64,000 bases of DNA from Chamaesiphon sp. (lineage in GTDB: Bacteria; Cyanobacteriota; Cyanobacteriia; Cyanobacteriales; Chamaesiphonaceae): positions 128,001 to 192,000 of the forward strand of contig CBDFFH010000021.1 of the NCBI GenBank assembly GCA_965246715.1, read 5' to 3'. Of this stretch, positions 20,530 through 29,275 are shown piece by piece. Below the pieces are notes generated by a model, which was given only the letters and a program-made list of their open reading frames with translations, ran no database searches and was not told the DNA's origin. Numbering within the stretch: position 1 is the first letter of the stretch; the number at the start of each line of letters is the position of its first letter. Position numbers and translations under genes: made by a program.

Positions 20530-21936
20530 GTGGCTGAATCTGTGTTTGAAATGAGAGGCGATCCGCGCTTACTGGTCGATTTACAGCAGGTAAATGCGAT
20601 CGCGCAGAGTTTTAGTGGCTGTCTGGAACCAGCCGAGATCGCGCGGCAAGTTACGGATGGACTAGTTGAAAAATTTGGCTGCGTATTTGCGCGGATTTGG
20701 TTGATGGAACCCGAGCGCACGATGCTCAAACTAGTGGCATCAGCGGGTTTGTATCAACGCACGGATGGCTTTTTTGCCAAAGTGCCAGTGGGAGCGTTTA
20801 AGGTTGGGAAAATTGCCCAAAACCAAATTCCATTTCTGAGCAATCAATTAGCAGCGGAAACCTGGGTGTTGGATCGCGATTGGGCGATCTCGAATGGGAT
20901 TAAGGGTTTTGCGGGCTATCCATTAATCGCGAATGGTGATTCGATCGGGGTATTGGCAGTTTTCAGCCAGACGGAAATGTTGCCCGAATTTCTGGAAATA
21001 TTGCAGAGTTTGTGTACCGCCACAACGATCCGGTTAGCCGCAGCCTTGCGTTATCAGCAACAACGCCAAGCGTGGCAATCGCAGGTTGCGAGTAGTGCCG
21101 ATCGAATCCAGCTATCGGAGCAGCTAGCCAAGATCTTAAGTCAGACTCAATTGATGTCGATCGGTACCGAGCGAGCGCTTTCGACACCGATCCACAACCT
21201 GTTGCTCAGAACGGCTGAAATCTTGAGCCAATTTCCTTGCCTACACAGTCGGTTGAATTATCTCGATCGAGAGCGGCTATCCTTAGAAGTTGTGATTGCT
21301 GGCGATCTGAACGATGCGATCCTCTGTAATGCTTTTAGTGCCGTGAGATTGGAAGCGATGTGTCTGGGTGGCACGCTGGAAATTCAACCACAAGCCGAAC
21401 GGCGAATGTTGCGAGCGAGCTTGATGGTGACATCCATGCCTAATGGTGGTGGACGGGTGAACCTGCGGTGTCGTGATTCGGTTTTGCAAATGGCTTTTGC
21501 TCATTTAATCGAATTGGCAGGATTAGCGGTTGCCCCGATCGTCGATCCAGATTTACCATTACTGACAGACGATCGAGCGCTAGTTACAAGTAATTCAAAT
21601 CTACTCTGGATCGAACTGCATGGAACAGTTCCAGCTCAGGCACGAGGCAAAATAGATTTATCGATCGACCCTAGCAAATTGCGATCGGCGGTTGAAGCAG
21701 TGATGCGGGGGGAAGAGTGGGAGATCGATCGAACGGAGGAGTCTTCACCGTTATCCGATCGAGAGAGGGAGATTATGCAACTTTTAGCGAAGGGTTTACG
21801 CGATCGAGATATTGCCAGTCGGTTGATTGTAAGCGAAAGTACCGTGAAGTTTCACATTAATAATATTCTGGCTAAAGTCAAGGCAAAAACTCGATTTCAA
21901 GCTTTGTATCTGGTGATGATGAAGGGGTCGATTTAG
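20530..21936 (+). CDS. GAF + LuxR-type HTH regulator (likely Nit1C cluster regulator)
   Basis: N-terminal GAF (FARIWL, LKLVASAG, FAGYPL...GVLAVF); C-terminal LSDREREIMQLLAKGLRDRDIA..L.VSESTVKFHINNI. Directly upstream of the Nit1C genes. Confidence 0.88.
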   Translation: MAESVFEMRGDPRLLVDLQQVNAIAQSFSGCLEPAEIARQVTDGLVEKFGCVFARIWLMEPERTMLKLVASAGLYQRTDGFFAKVPVGAFKVGKIAQNQIPFLSNQLAAETWVLDRDWAISNGIKGFAGYPLIANGDSIGVLAVFSQTEMLPEFLEILQSLCTATTIRLAAALRYQQQRQAWQSQVASSADRIQLSEQLAKILSQTQLMSIGTERALSTPIHNLLLRTAEILSQFPCLHSRLNYLDRERLSLEVVIAGDLNDAILCNAFSAVRLEAMCLGGTLEIQPQAERRMLRASLMVTSMPNGGGRVNLRCRDSVLQMAFAHLIELAGLAVAPIVDPDLPLLTDDRALVTSNSNLLWIELHGTVPAQARGKIDLSIDPSKLRSAVEAVMRGEEWEIDRTEESSPLSDREREIMQLLAKGLRDRDIASRLIVSESTVKFHINNILAKVKAKTRFQALYLVMMKGSI

Positions 21937-21962
21937 TCGATTGTTTTCTGTCTTGTTGAAAC

Positions 21963-22068
21963 TATAGCAGTTCTCATCCTAGTAAAGGGCATTATTAGTG
22001 GTTTTAGTGGCTAGTGACTAGTGGCTAGTGGCTAGTGAATGTACCTCCTTCGATTGGGAACAGCTATA
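21963..22068. mobile_element. Short MITE-like element containing a (tagtggc)n array
   Basis: Imperfect terminal inverted repeats tatagcagttctca / tgggaacagctata around a heptamer array. Confidence 0.55.
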
Positions 22069-22157
22069 TCGATTTCGACAGGGGGCAAGGCTCGATCGAG
22101 TCTTAATACCCGATTAACTCCACGATCGATCGACAAATCACTAAAGTTAAAGCTTCA

Positions 22158-22199
22158 GTAGTCAGAAATACAAAATTAACTTTGTTCCAATTCTAGTGT
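22158..22199 (+). promoter_or_regulatory. Class II NtcA-activated promoter upstream of nitH
   Basis: GTA-gtcagaaa-TAC (22158-22171), exactly 22 nt of spacer, then TAGTGT (TAN3T, 22194-22199). Confidence 0.75.
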
Positions 22200-22215
22200 G
22201 ACTTAATCGTTTCTA

Positions 22216-23508
22216 GTGGATAAGTTTATGAATAATTACTATCCGGTCATTATTGTTGGTGGCGGACAAGCAGGGCTATCGATGAGTTACTGTCTGAAAG
22301 AACGCGGTATCGACCATATCATCTTTGAGAAAAATAGCATCGGGCATGAATGGCGATCGCGCCGCTGGGATACATTTTGTTTGGTGACTCCAAACTGGCA
22401 ATGTCAACTTCCGGGCTATCCCTATCCTGGTAACGATCCTGATGGATTTATGCGCAAAGACGAGATCGTCGAATATCTCGAAGGCTATGCCACGATGTTT
22501 GCGCCACCGATAAAGGAAGGAGTAACTGTCACCAAAGTTTGTCAAATCGAGGCGGGTGGCTTCGCTGTGAGTACGAGTATCGGCGAATATACTAGCGATC
22601 GAGTGGTAATTGCCGTCAGTGGATACCATCTCCCCAAGATTCCTCGGCTGGCGGAGCGGTTGCCGACATCGATACATCAACTGCATTCCTCCCAATACAA
22701 AAATCCTGAATCTTTGCCAGCAGGTGGGGTGTTAGTTGTGGGGACGGGACAGTCTGGCTGTCAGATTGCTGAAGATCTGCATCTAGCGGGGAAACAAGTA
22801 CATTTAGCTGTCGGTGGCGCACCCAGATCGCCGCGTCAATATCGTGGTAAAGATGCAGTTGAATGGCTCGATCGGATGGGTTATTATAATCTGTCGATCG
22901 ACGAACATCCCAAGAAAGAGACGGCGCGGAGTAATACCAATCACTATCTGACTGGACGCGATGGCGGACGGGAGATTGACTTGCGGAAATTTGCGATCGA
23001 GGGGATGAAATTATATGGTCGATTGAAGTCGATTACTCCAGATAAGTTGGAGTTTCAAGCCGATTTACGGCAGAATCTCGATCGAGCTGATGCTGTCTCA
23101 GAAAATATCAAACAAAGTATCGATCGATTTATCGAAAAAGAAGGGATCGCTGCACCCACAGAAGCACCTTATCAACCAGTTTGGCAACCAGAAACAGAGA
23201 TTACCGAATTAGATTATTTTGCGGCAAACATTCAAACGGTAATTTGGTCTACAGGTTTTCAAACTGATTTTAGTTGGGTCGATTTACCAGTTTTTAATGG
23301 TAGTGGCTATCCCCATCACGATCGTGGGGTTACTAGTTTGCGCGGTTGCTATTTCATTGGATTGACGTGGCTATATACCTGGGGTTCTGGTCGATTTTCT
23401 GGTGTCGCTCGCGATGCTAATTATCTCGCCGACCAGATCGGCATGATGCAAAAGGCTGCTTCGACAAGTGCTTGGAGTATTGTAAATGAATTTCTGTTGG
23501 GTTCGTAA
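22216..23508 (+). CDS. nitH: Nit1C flavin-dependent oxidoreductase (MSMEG_0569 family)
   Basis: GGGQAG (FAD), RWDTFCLVTPNWQC, VGTGQSGCQIAEDL, TWGSGRFSGV; cluster context. Confidence 0.9.
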   Translation: MDKFMNNYYPVIIVGGGQAGLSMSYCLKERGIDHIIFEKNSIGHEWRSRRWDTFCLVTPNWQCQLPGYPYPGNDPDGFMRKDEIVEYLEGYATMFAPPIKEGVTVTKVCQIEAGGFAVSTSIGEYTSDRVVIAVSGYHLPKIPRLAERLPTSIHQLHSSQYKNPESLPAGGVLVVGTGQSGCQIAEDLHLAGKQVHLAVGGAPRSPRQYRGKDAVEWLDRMGYYNLSIDEHPKKETARSNTNHYLTGRDGGREIDLRKFAIEGMKLYGRLKSITPDKLEFQADLRQNLDRADAVSENIKQSIDRFIEKEGIAAPTEAPYQPVWQPETEITELDYFAANIQTVIWSTGFQTDFSWVDLPVFNGSGYPHHDRGVTSLRGCYFIGLTWLYTWGSGRFSGVARDANYLADQIGMMQKAASTSAWSIVNEFLLGS

Positions 23509-23625
23509 CGGTTGTTACTGCAGAATTAAAAACCTATCGATTTAGACAGGTGGAATAAAGATTGCTGGGCGATTTTTACTCGATCGATCTGGTGACCTAA
23601 TCTAATCATTAGACTTCTGGACTCA

Positions 23626-23668
23626 GTATTGAGAGATACAAAATTCTCGATCGGGCTGACGATAATCT
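23626..23668 (+). promoter_or_regulatory. Putative NtcA-activated promoter upstream of nitB
   Basis: GTA-ttgagaga-TAC (23626-23639) and TAATCT 23 nt downstream. Shares the flanks ca-GTA...TAC-aaaatt with the nitH box. Confidence 0.7.
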
Positions 23669-23704
23669 GTCGTTAATCTTAACAGCTTAAAGGAGCGTGA
23701 TTCG

Positions 23705-24187
23705 ATGCCAGAAGTTACTAAACCCGCCCATCAAACTGGTGATTTCTTTGTTGATTATGAGGAGAAGGTGTTCCCTGATGTGAAAGCCGAACCTGGGGAA
23801 AAAGCGTTGGTAACTTTTCATACTGTAGCGTTTGAAGGCTCGATCGGGTTTGTGAATTTGTTGCAAGCGACGCGGATTCAACGGAAGGGGTTTGAGACTT
23901 CGATTTTGCTGTATGGGCCGGGGGTGACTTTGGGTGTGCAGCGGGGTTTTCCGAAGTTGGGGGATGAGGCGTTTCCGGGGCATCAAAATTTTAATAATCA
24001 GATTACGAAGTTTATGGCTGAGGGTGGGAAGGTTTATGCTTGTCGGTTTGCGTTGCAAGCGTTGTATGGGCATGGGGAGCCGTCGTTGATTCCGGGGATT
24101 CGGCCGATTAGTCCGTTGGATGTGTTGGATATTGTGTTGATGCATCGGAAGGAGGGGGCGTTGATTTTGGACACTTGGACTTTGTAG
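23705..24187 (+). CDS. nitB: Nit1C nitrogen-starvation protein (Sll0783/MSMEG_0572 family, DsrE-like)
   Basis: [37 protein letters not shown]...[16 protein letters not shown] signature. Confidence 0.93.
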   Translation: MPEVTKPAHQTGDFFVDYEEKVFPDVKAEPGEKALVTFHTVAFEGSIGFVNLLQATRIQRKGFETSILLYGPGVTLGVQRGFPKLGDEAFPGHQNFNNQITKFMAEGGKVYACRFALQALYGHGEPSLIPGIRPISPLDVLDIVLMHRKEGALILDTWTL

Positions 24188-24207
24188 TTCTTTATTGGTA
24201 GGTATTA

Positions 24208-24398
24208 TGGTGCTTTCCTAGGGATTGCTGGTGGGTGGAACCCGGATCTGGGGGTGCCGACCCCCAGACCCCCCGTTGAGGAGCGGGGTGCCGCCCCTCA
24301 AACTCCCCTGCACAAGGGTCGATCTGTGGGAAGCTTGGCGCGCTTCGCATTGGTGCGTTCTGTCAATTGTTGGCAGGAGATCGCAATTAAATGACTTT
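24208..24398 (+). repeat. ~190-bp GC-rich multi-hairpin repeat, copy 1
   Basis: Aligns to the reverse complement of 25635-25822 (core ccggatctggggg...cccccagaccccccgttgaggagcgg.gtgccgcccctcaaactcccctgcacaaggg). Confidence 0.9.
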
Positions 24399-24555
24399 GT
24401 TTGAGATCTGAATTGCTCTTAGTCCCCCCATTTAAGGGGTTGGGGGATTCCAACTTCAAAGGCAGTAATTCGATCTCGATCGATTCATCACAAAACTCGA
24501 TCGATTTTAATTGGTAATTAGTTTGGGTTTAGAGATTTATGTGAGGTAAAGACTT

Positions 24556-25560
24556 GTGGATGATGGGCGGAAGGTGCGGGCGGCGGCGGTGCAGATTAGT
24601 CCGGTGTTATTTAGTCGAGAGGGGACGACTGAAAAGGTGTTGAAGGCGATCGCTGATGCGGCTCTAGAGGGGGCGGAATTGGTGGTTTTTCCGGAGACAT
24701 TTATTCCTTACTATCCTTACTTCTCATTCATTCAGCCGCCCGTGTTGATGGGTAAAGAGCATATGCGGCTGTATGAGGAAGCGGTGGAAGTGCCTAGTGC
24801 GGTTACGGAGGCTGTGAGTGAGGCTGCTCGATCGCATCAGATCGTCGTCGTGTTGGGGATTAACGAACGCGATCGGGGTTCGATTTACAACACCCAATTG
24901 ATTTTCGATGCCGATGGGACACTCCTCCTCAAGCGACGCAAAATCACGCCTACCTTCCACGAGCGGATGGTGTGGGGACAAGGTGATGGAGCGGGATTGA
25001 AAGTAGTGGATACAGCCGTCGGCAAACTGGGTGCCCTAGCCTGTTGGGAGCATTACAATCCCCTCGCGCGGTTTGCACTGATGGCGCAGCACGAACAAAT
25101 TCACTGCGGCCAATTCCCCGGATCGATGGTCGGTCAAATCTTCGCCGACCAAATCGAAGTTACCATCCGCCATCATGCCCTCGAAGCAGGTTGTTTTGTC
25201 GTCAACGCCACAGGTTGGCTCTTACCCGAACAGGTGAGTCAAATTACCCCCGATGAAAAACTCCAAAAAGTTCTCAGCGGTGGCTGCCACACCGCCATTA
25301 TCAGCCCTGAAGGAAGTCATCTGTGTCCGCCAATTACCGAAGGCGAAGGCATCGCGATCGCCGATCTAGATTTCTCCCTCATCACCAAACGCAAACGAAT
25401 GATGGATTGCGTCGGACACTACTCCCGCCCCGATCTCCTGCAATTGCAATTGAATCCTCGTCAGTGGGAAGTGATGCAAAATCTCGCGATCGTACCCAAT
25501 CTCGCACCAAATCCCGACCCACCCCGCCCTATCGGGCACCCCTCCGAGGAGGGGAATTGA
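24556..25560 (+). CDS. nitC: Nit1C nitrilase (Nit6803 family)
   Basis: Catalytic E-K-C triad: [29 protein letters not shown]; also GHYSRPD. Confidence 0.96.
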   Translation: MDDGRKVRAAAVQISPVLFSREGTTEKVLKAIADAALEGAELVVFPETFIPYYPYFSFIQPPVLMGKEHMRLYEEAVEVPSAVTEAVSEAARSHQIVVVLGINERDRGSIYNTQLIFDADGTLLLKRRKITPTFHERMVWGQGDGAGLKVVDTAVGKLGALACWEHYNPLARFALMAQHEQIHCGQFPGSMVGQIFADQIEVTIRHHALEAGCFVVNATGWLLPEQVSQITPDEKLQKVLSGGCHTAIISPEGSHLCPPITEGEGIAIADLDFSLITKRKRMMDCVGHYSRPDLLQLQLNPRQWEVMQNLAIVPNLAPNPDPPRPIGHPSEEGN

Positions 25561-25634
25561 GAGTGAGTTCGATCGATTTTGGATTTTGGATTTTGGATTT
25601 TGGATCGTTGCTATCCTTTCAGGACTGAAGCTGT

Positions 25635-25822
25635 AAAGTCAAATCGCAACACCCTACCAGCAACCAACTGGACACACTAATGCGAAGCGCGCCCCGCTGC
25701 CCACAAACCAACCCTTGTGCAGGGGAGTTTGAGGGGCGGCACTCCGCTCCTCAACGGGGGGTCTGGGGGAAGCCTCCCCCAGATCCGGGTTCTACCCACC
25801 AACAATTAACAGGAAAGCACCA
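25635..25822 (-). repeat. ~190-bp GC-rich multi-hairpin repeat, copy 2 (inverted)
   Basis: Reverse complement of 24208-24398; many of the mismatches are transitions. Confidence 0.9.
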
Positions 25823-25873
25823 GTCGAAATTCCACCCCACCAGCAACCTAAAACCAAGCACCAATCCGAACAC

Positions 25874-26941
25874 ATGAACAAAAAACAACTAATCACCGAA
25901 CTCCAATCCAAAGGATTAAAACTAATCGAAACCACCGGAGTATCCGGCAGAAAAGGCGGCGCAGGCCCCTCCGACCACAAAGCCATCACCCTCGACGGCA
26001 CCACCATCATGGTACCCATCTACACCGAAACCGCCACCCACTCCCCCTACACCGCCACCCCCACCACCCTCAAACTCCCCAACAACCACACCATCCCGAT
26101 CGAATTCCCCACCACCCCCAACTTCTACCACCTCAGCACCGCCGACGGCATCCCCTACTGGAAAATCGCCCTCCTTCACAGCCACGACGTACTCGCCACC
26201 ACCGTCCAGCAAACCTGTATGCGCTACCGCAACCCCGACACAGTTTGCCAATTTTGCGCGATCGAACAATCCCTCACCGCCGATCGCACCATCGCCCGTA
26301 AAACCCCCGCTCAACTTGCCGAAGTCGCCGCCGCAGCAGTCAACCTCGACGGCATCAAACACATGGTCATGACCAGCGGTACCCCCAATACCAGCGATCG
26401 CGGTGCCGCCTACCTCGCTGAATGCGCCCAAGCCATCAAACAACGAGTCGATCTCCCCATCCAAGCCCAATGCGAACCTCCCGATGACTTTAGCTGGTTC
26501 CAGAAACTCAAAGATGCTGGCGTAGACAGCCTCGGAATGCACCTCGAAGCCATTACCCCCGCCGTCCGCGCCAACATCATGCCCGGAAAAGCCGACGTAC
26601 CTGTCGAGTATTACTTCCAAGCCTTTGTCGCCGCCGTCGAAGTCTTTGGACGGGGACAAGTCAGCACCTATCTCCTCGCTGGATTGGGCGACACCTTAGA
26701 AGCCTTGGTGGCAGGTTGCGATCGATTAATCCAAATTGGCGTTTATCCCTTTGTCGTACCCTTCGTCCCAATTACTGGAACTCCATTAGAGCATCATCCA
26801 GCACCGAGCAGTGAGTTTATGTATGACCTCTATCAACAAGTTGGCGCATTGCTCGCGCGATCGAAGATGTCATCTAAAGACATCAAGGCTGGCTGTGGCA
26901 AATGTGGCGCTTGTTCCGCTCTATCTAATTTTGAAGATTGA
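25874..26941 (+). CDS. nitD: Nit1C radical SAM protein (MSMEG_0568 family)
   Basis: RKGGAGPSDH, an extended C-x8-C-x2-C motif (CMRYRNPDTVCQFC), and C-terminal GCGKCGACS. Confidence 0.93.
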   Translation: MNKKQLITELQSKGLKLIETTGVSGRKGGAGPSDHKAITLDGTTIMVPIYTETATHSPYTATPTTLKLPNNHTIPIEFPTTPNFYHLSTADGIPYWKIALLHSHDVLATTVQQTCMRYRNPDTVCQFCAIEQSLTADRTIARKTPAQLAEVAAAAVNLDGIKHMVMTSGTPNTSDRGAAYLAECAQAIKQRVDLPIQAQCEPPDDFSWFQKLKDAGVDSLGMHLEAITPAVRANIMPGKADVPVEYYFQAFVAAVEVFGRGQVSTYLLAGLGDTLEALVAGCDRLIQIGVYPFVVPFVPITGTPLEHHPAPSSEFMYDLYQQVGALLARSKMSSKDIKAGCGKCGACSALSNFED

Positions 26942-26968
26942 TAAACTCTATTTAATATCCAGCCAAGC

Positions 26969-27475
26969 ATGTCCGACTATCTATTTAAACTAGCCAAAAC
27001 TCAACCGGAAATATCTGCATATTTCGATCTTCGTCACAAAATATTTGTTGAAGAACAGGGTGTGTTTAAAGGAAATGATGTTGACTCGATCGATGAAATT
27101 TCTCATCCCATTATTGCCGTCGAACCTGATGCGACAGCTCTCGAAGTTCTGGGTGTCGTCCGCATATATGAAGCCGAACCGAGACTGTGGTATGGCGGTA
27201 GATTGGGTACTCATCCCGATCGCCGCAAAGGTTGGCAAATCGGTAAAGGATTGATTTATAAGGCAGTCACTACCGCGAACACTTGGGGCTGCGATCGATT
27301 CCTCGCTACCGTCCAAATCCAAAATGTCCGCTTCTTCCAACGCTTACATTGGGACTCGATCGAAGAAATCGAAATCCACGATATCGCTCATCATCTCATG
27401 CAAGCAGATTTAAACTATTACCCAGCAGGTAATGAGATTCGACCGAGATTGTTAGAATATGGTCGAGCATCTTGA
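26969..27475 (+). CDS. nitE: Nit1C GNAT N-acetyltransferase (Sll0786 family)
   Basis: LRHKIFVEEQ, GVVRIY, WYGGRLG, FLATVQIQNVRFF..LHW. Confidence 0.9.
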   Translation: MSDYLFKLAKTQPEISAYFDLRHKIFVEEQGVFKGNDVDSIDEISHPIIAVEPDATALEVLGVVRIYEAEPRLWYGGRLGTHPDRRKGWQIGKGLIYKAVTTANTWGCDRFLATVQIQNVRFFQRLHWDSIEEIEIHDIAHHLMQADLNYYPAGNEIRPRLLEYGRAS

Positions 27476-27575
27476 CTCGATTGTAGTCCGAATCTAAATT
27501 GGCAAAGGAATAGAGATTTATTATTAAGCTAATTAAAAAACTTGCAAAAACTAAGCGCTCTGCAACCGCAGTATT

Positions 27576-28223
27576 TTAATAGCTTATTTCGATTAACATT
27601 GCATTTCCGTGCCTCACAGCATATTGATAGTATTTAACCATCTCTCTATAGTAATCTGTTAACCAATCTTCTATATCTTCTGGATCTTCCCAGTCAAACC
27701 AATCATCAAATCCATCTAAATCAGATACTCTATGACAACGAGATCGAAAACCTGATTCTGATATCCATATCAGACCATCTAAAATTTTACCAACTTCTTC
27801 AGGCGTTTGGTACCAACAACAATCTTCTTCTTGCCCAATCCCCATACCCACATTAATTGCATTGACTAATGGCAAACCATCCCACTCTGACTCCTCGATA
27901 ATAAGGAAATTCATATAACGATCTTTTTGCATCAAATCCTGGCGAGATTGTAGCTCTGGGAGTGCTAAATGTCTTTCAGAATAATCTTCAAGATATCCAC
28001 CCAGTAAGTAGGTCATCTCTGGATAATATTTGTGCAAATCTAGATCTGGAGTTTCCCATTCATCAATAAATCGATCGACATAAGTAGACACAACGAATGA
28101 TGAGTTCACTGCCGATTTAGTCAGATATTGAGAATCATAGAATAACCTTACCTGTTTTGGCTCTTGCTTTAAAATTTCCAGCATAGATGCTGAAATCATT
28201 TTTAGATGAAGAGTGACTCCCAT
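27576..28223 (-). CDS. DUF1877/YfbM-like protein inserted antisense within Nit1C
   Basis: MGV...DLDLHK...YLL.G...YQTPEEV..I...YY..MVKYY..A...GNAMLI pattern; acidic protein, AT-rich gene. Confidence 0.65.
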   Translation of the reverse strand: MGVTLHLKMISASMLEILKQEPKQVRLFYDSQYLTKSAVNSSFVVSTYVDRFIDEWETPDLDLHKYYPEMTYLLGGYLEDYSERHLALPELQSRQDLMQKDRYMNFLIIEESEWDGLPLVNAINVGMGIGQEEDCCWYQTPEEVGKILDGLIWISESGFRSRCHRVSDLDGFDDWFDWEDPEDIEDWLTDYYREMVKYYQYAVRHGNAMLIEISY

Positions 28224-28314
28224 ATCATTAATAGATCGTTGACAACTTTAACTAGAGTACCCAATATATGGATTTGAATTCAAACATTTTTTAAATTGGG
28301 AATTAACGATCGAT

Positions 28315-29271
28315 ATGGAACTCAATTTATTAGCCCAAACTCTCAAAAAATCGCTAGGTATAACTCACAAACAAGATATTCAAATCATCGCCCGATTCCT
28401 CACCGAGGCAAATCCCACCACTAAAATCCTACTGGGCGATGATTGTGCGGCGATTCCCGATGGTGACAGCTATCTCCTCCTCGCTGCCGAAGGTATGATG
28501 CCGTTTTTGGTCGAGTCCGATCCGTGGTTTGCTGGCTGGAGTGCCGTCATGGTTAATGTTAGCGATATCTATGCAATGGGTGGTAGACCGATCGCGGTTG
28601 TCGATACACTGTGGAGCAATAACCCAGAGATCTCGCAGCAACTTTTAGCGGGAATGAATGCCGCAGCCCAGGCATATCGAGTCCCGATCGTCGGCGGACA
28701 CACCAATGGACATAGCGAATATCACGCCCTCGCTGTTGCCATTCTGGGACGCGCTCAGCGGCTGATTTCCAGCTTCGATGCCCAACCTGGCGATCGATTG
28801 ATTGCCGCGATCGATTTACGTGGACGACAACACCCCAAATATCCTTTCTGGAATGCCGCTACGATAACAGATCCCTCGCGCCTCAGAGCCGACCTCGAAC
28901 TGTTGCCAGAATTAGCTGAAAATGGTCTGTGCGATGCGGGAAAGGATATCAGCATGGGAGGAATCATTGGCACCACTTTGATGTTATTAGAAACCTGTGG
29001 TTGTGGGGCGGTATTAAATCTCGATCGCGTGCCAATCCCGCCAGATATTCCACTCGATCGCTGGTTGGTGAGTTTTCCGAGTTATGGCTTTTTATTAAGC
29101 GTTCGCCCACAGAGAGTAACTAAGGTGATGCAGCTGTTTCTCGATCGACAAATTACCTGTGCAGACATCGGTGAAATTCAAGACCATTCTCAACTTATTC
29201 TCCAATCCGAAGGAGAATCGACAATATTTTGGGATTTCACACAGGAGCAGTTAACCGGATTTTCCTGCTGA
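28315..29271 (+). CDS. nitF: Nit1C AIR-synthase-like protein (Sll0787 family)
   Basis: LGDDCAAIP, MVNVSDIYAMGGRP, VPIVGGHTN, KDISMGG, SFPSYGF. Confidence 0.92.
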   Translation: MELNLLAQTLKKSLGITHKQDIQIIARFLTEANPTTKILLGDDCAAIPDGDSYLLLAAEGMMPFLVESDPWFAGWSAVMVNVSDIYAMGGRPIAVVDTLWSNNPEISQQLLAGMNAAAQAYRVPIVGGHTNGHSEYHALAVAILGRAQRLISSFDAQPGDRLIAAIDLRGRQHPKYPFWNAATITDPSRLRADLELLPELAENGLCDAGKDISMGGIIGTTLMLLETCGCGAVLNLDRVPIPPDIPLDRWLVSFPSYGFLLSVRPQRVTKVMQLFLDRQITCADIGEIQDHSQLILQSEGESTIFWDFTQEQLTGFSC

Positions 29272-29275
29272 TAAT

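Noticed and set aside
23687..24145. 152-aa minus-strand ORF over nitB
   Set aside because: Antisense shadow of a well-conserved gene in the G/T-skewed zone; no recognisable motifs.
23705..26650. Diversity-generating retroelement as the cause of the skew
   Set aside because: No reverse transcriptase or template/variable repeat pair in the window; the bias involves both transition types and is mostly synonymous.
25922..26659. 245-aa Gly/Val-rich minus-strand ORF
   Set aside because: Shadow of nitD; the skewed nitD codon usage leaves the antisense frame stop-free and G-rich.
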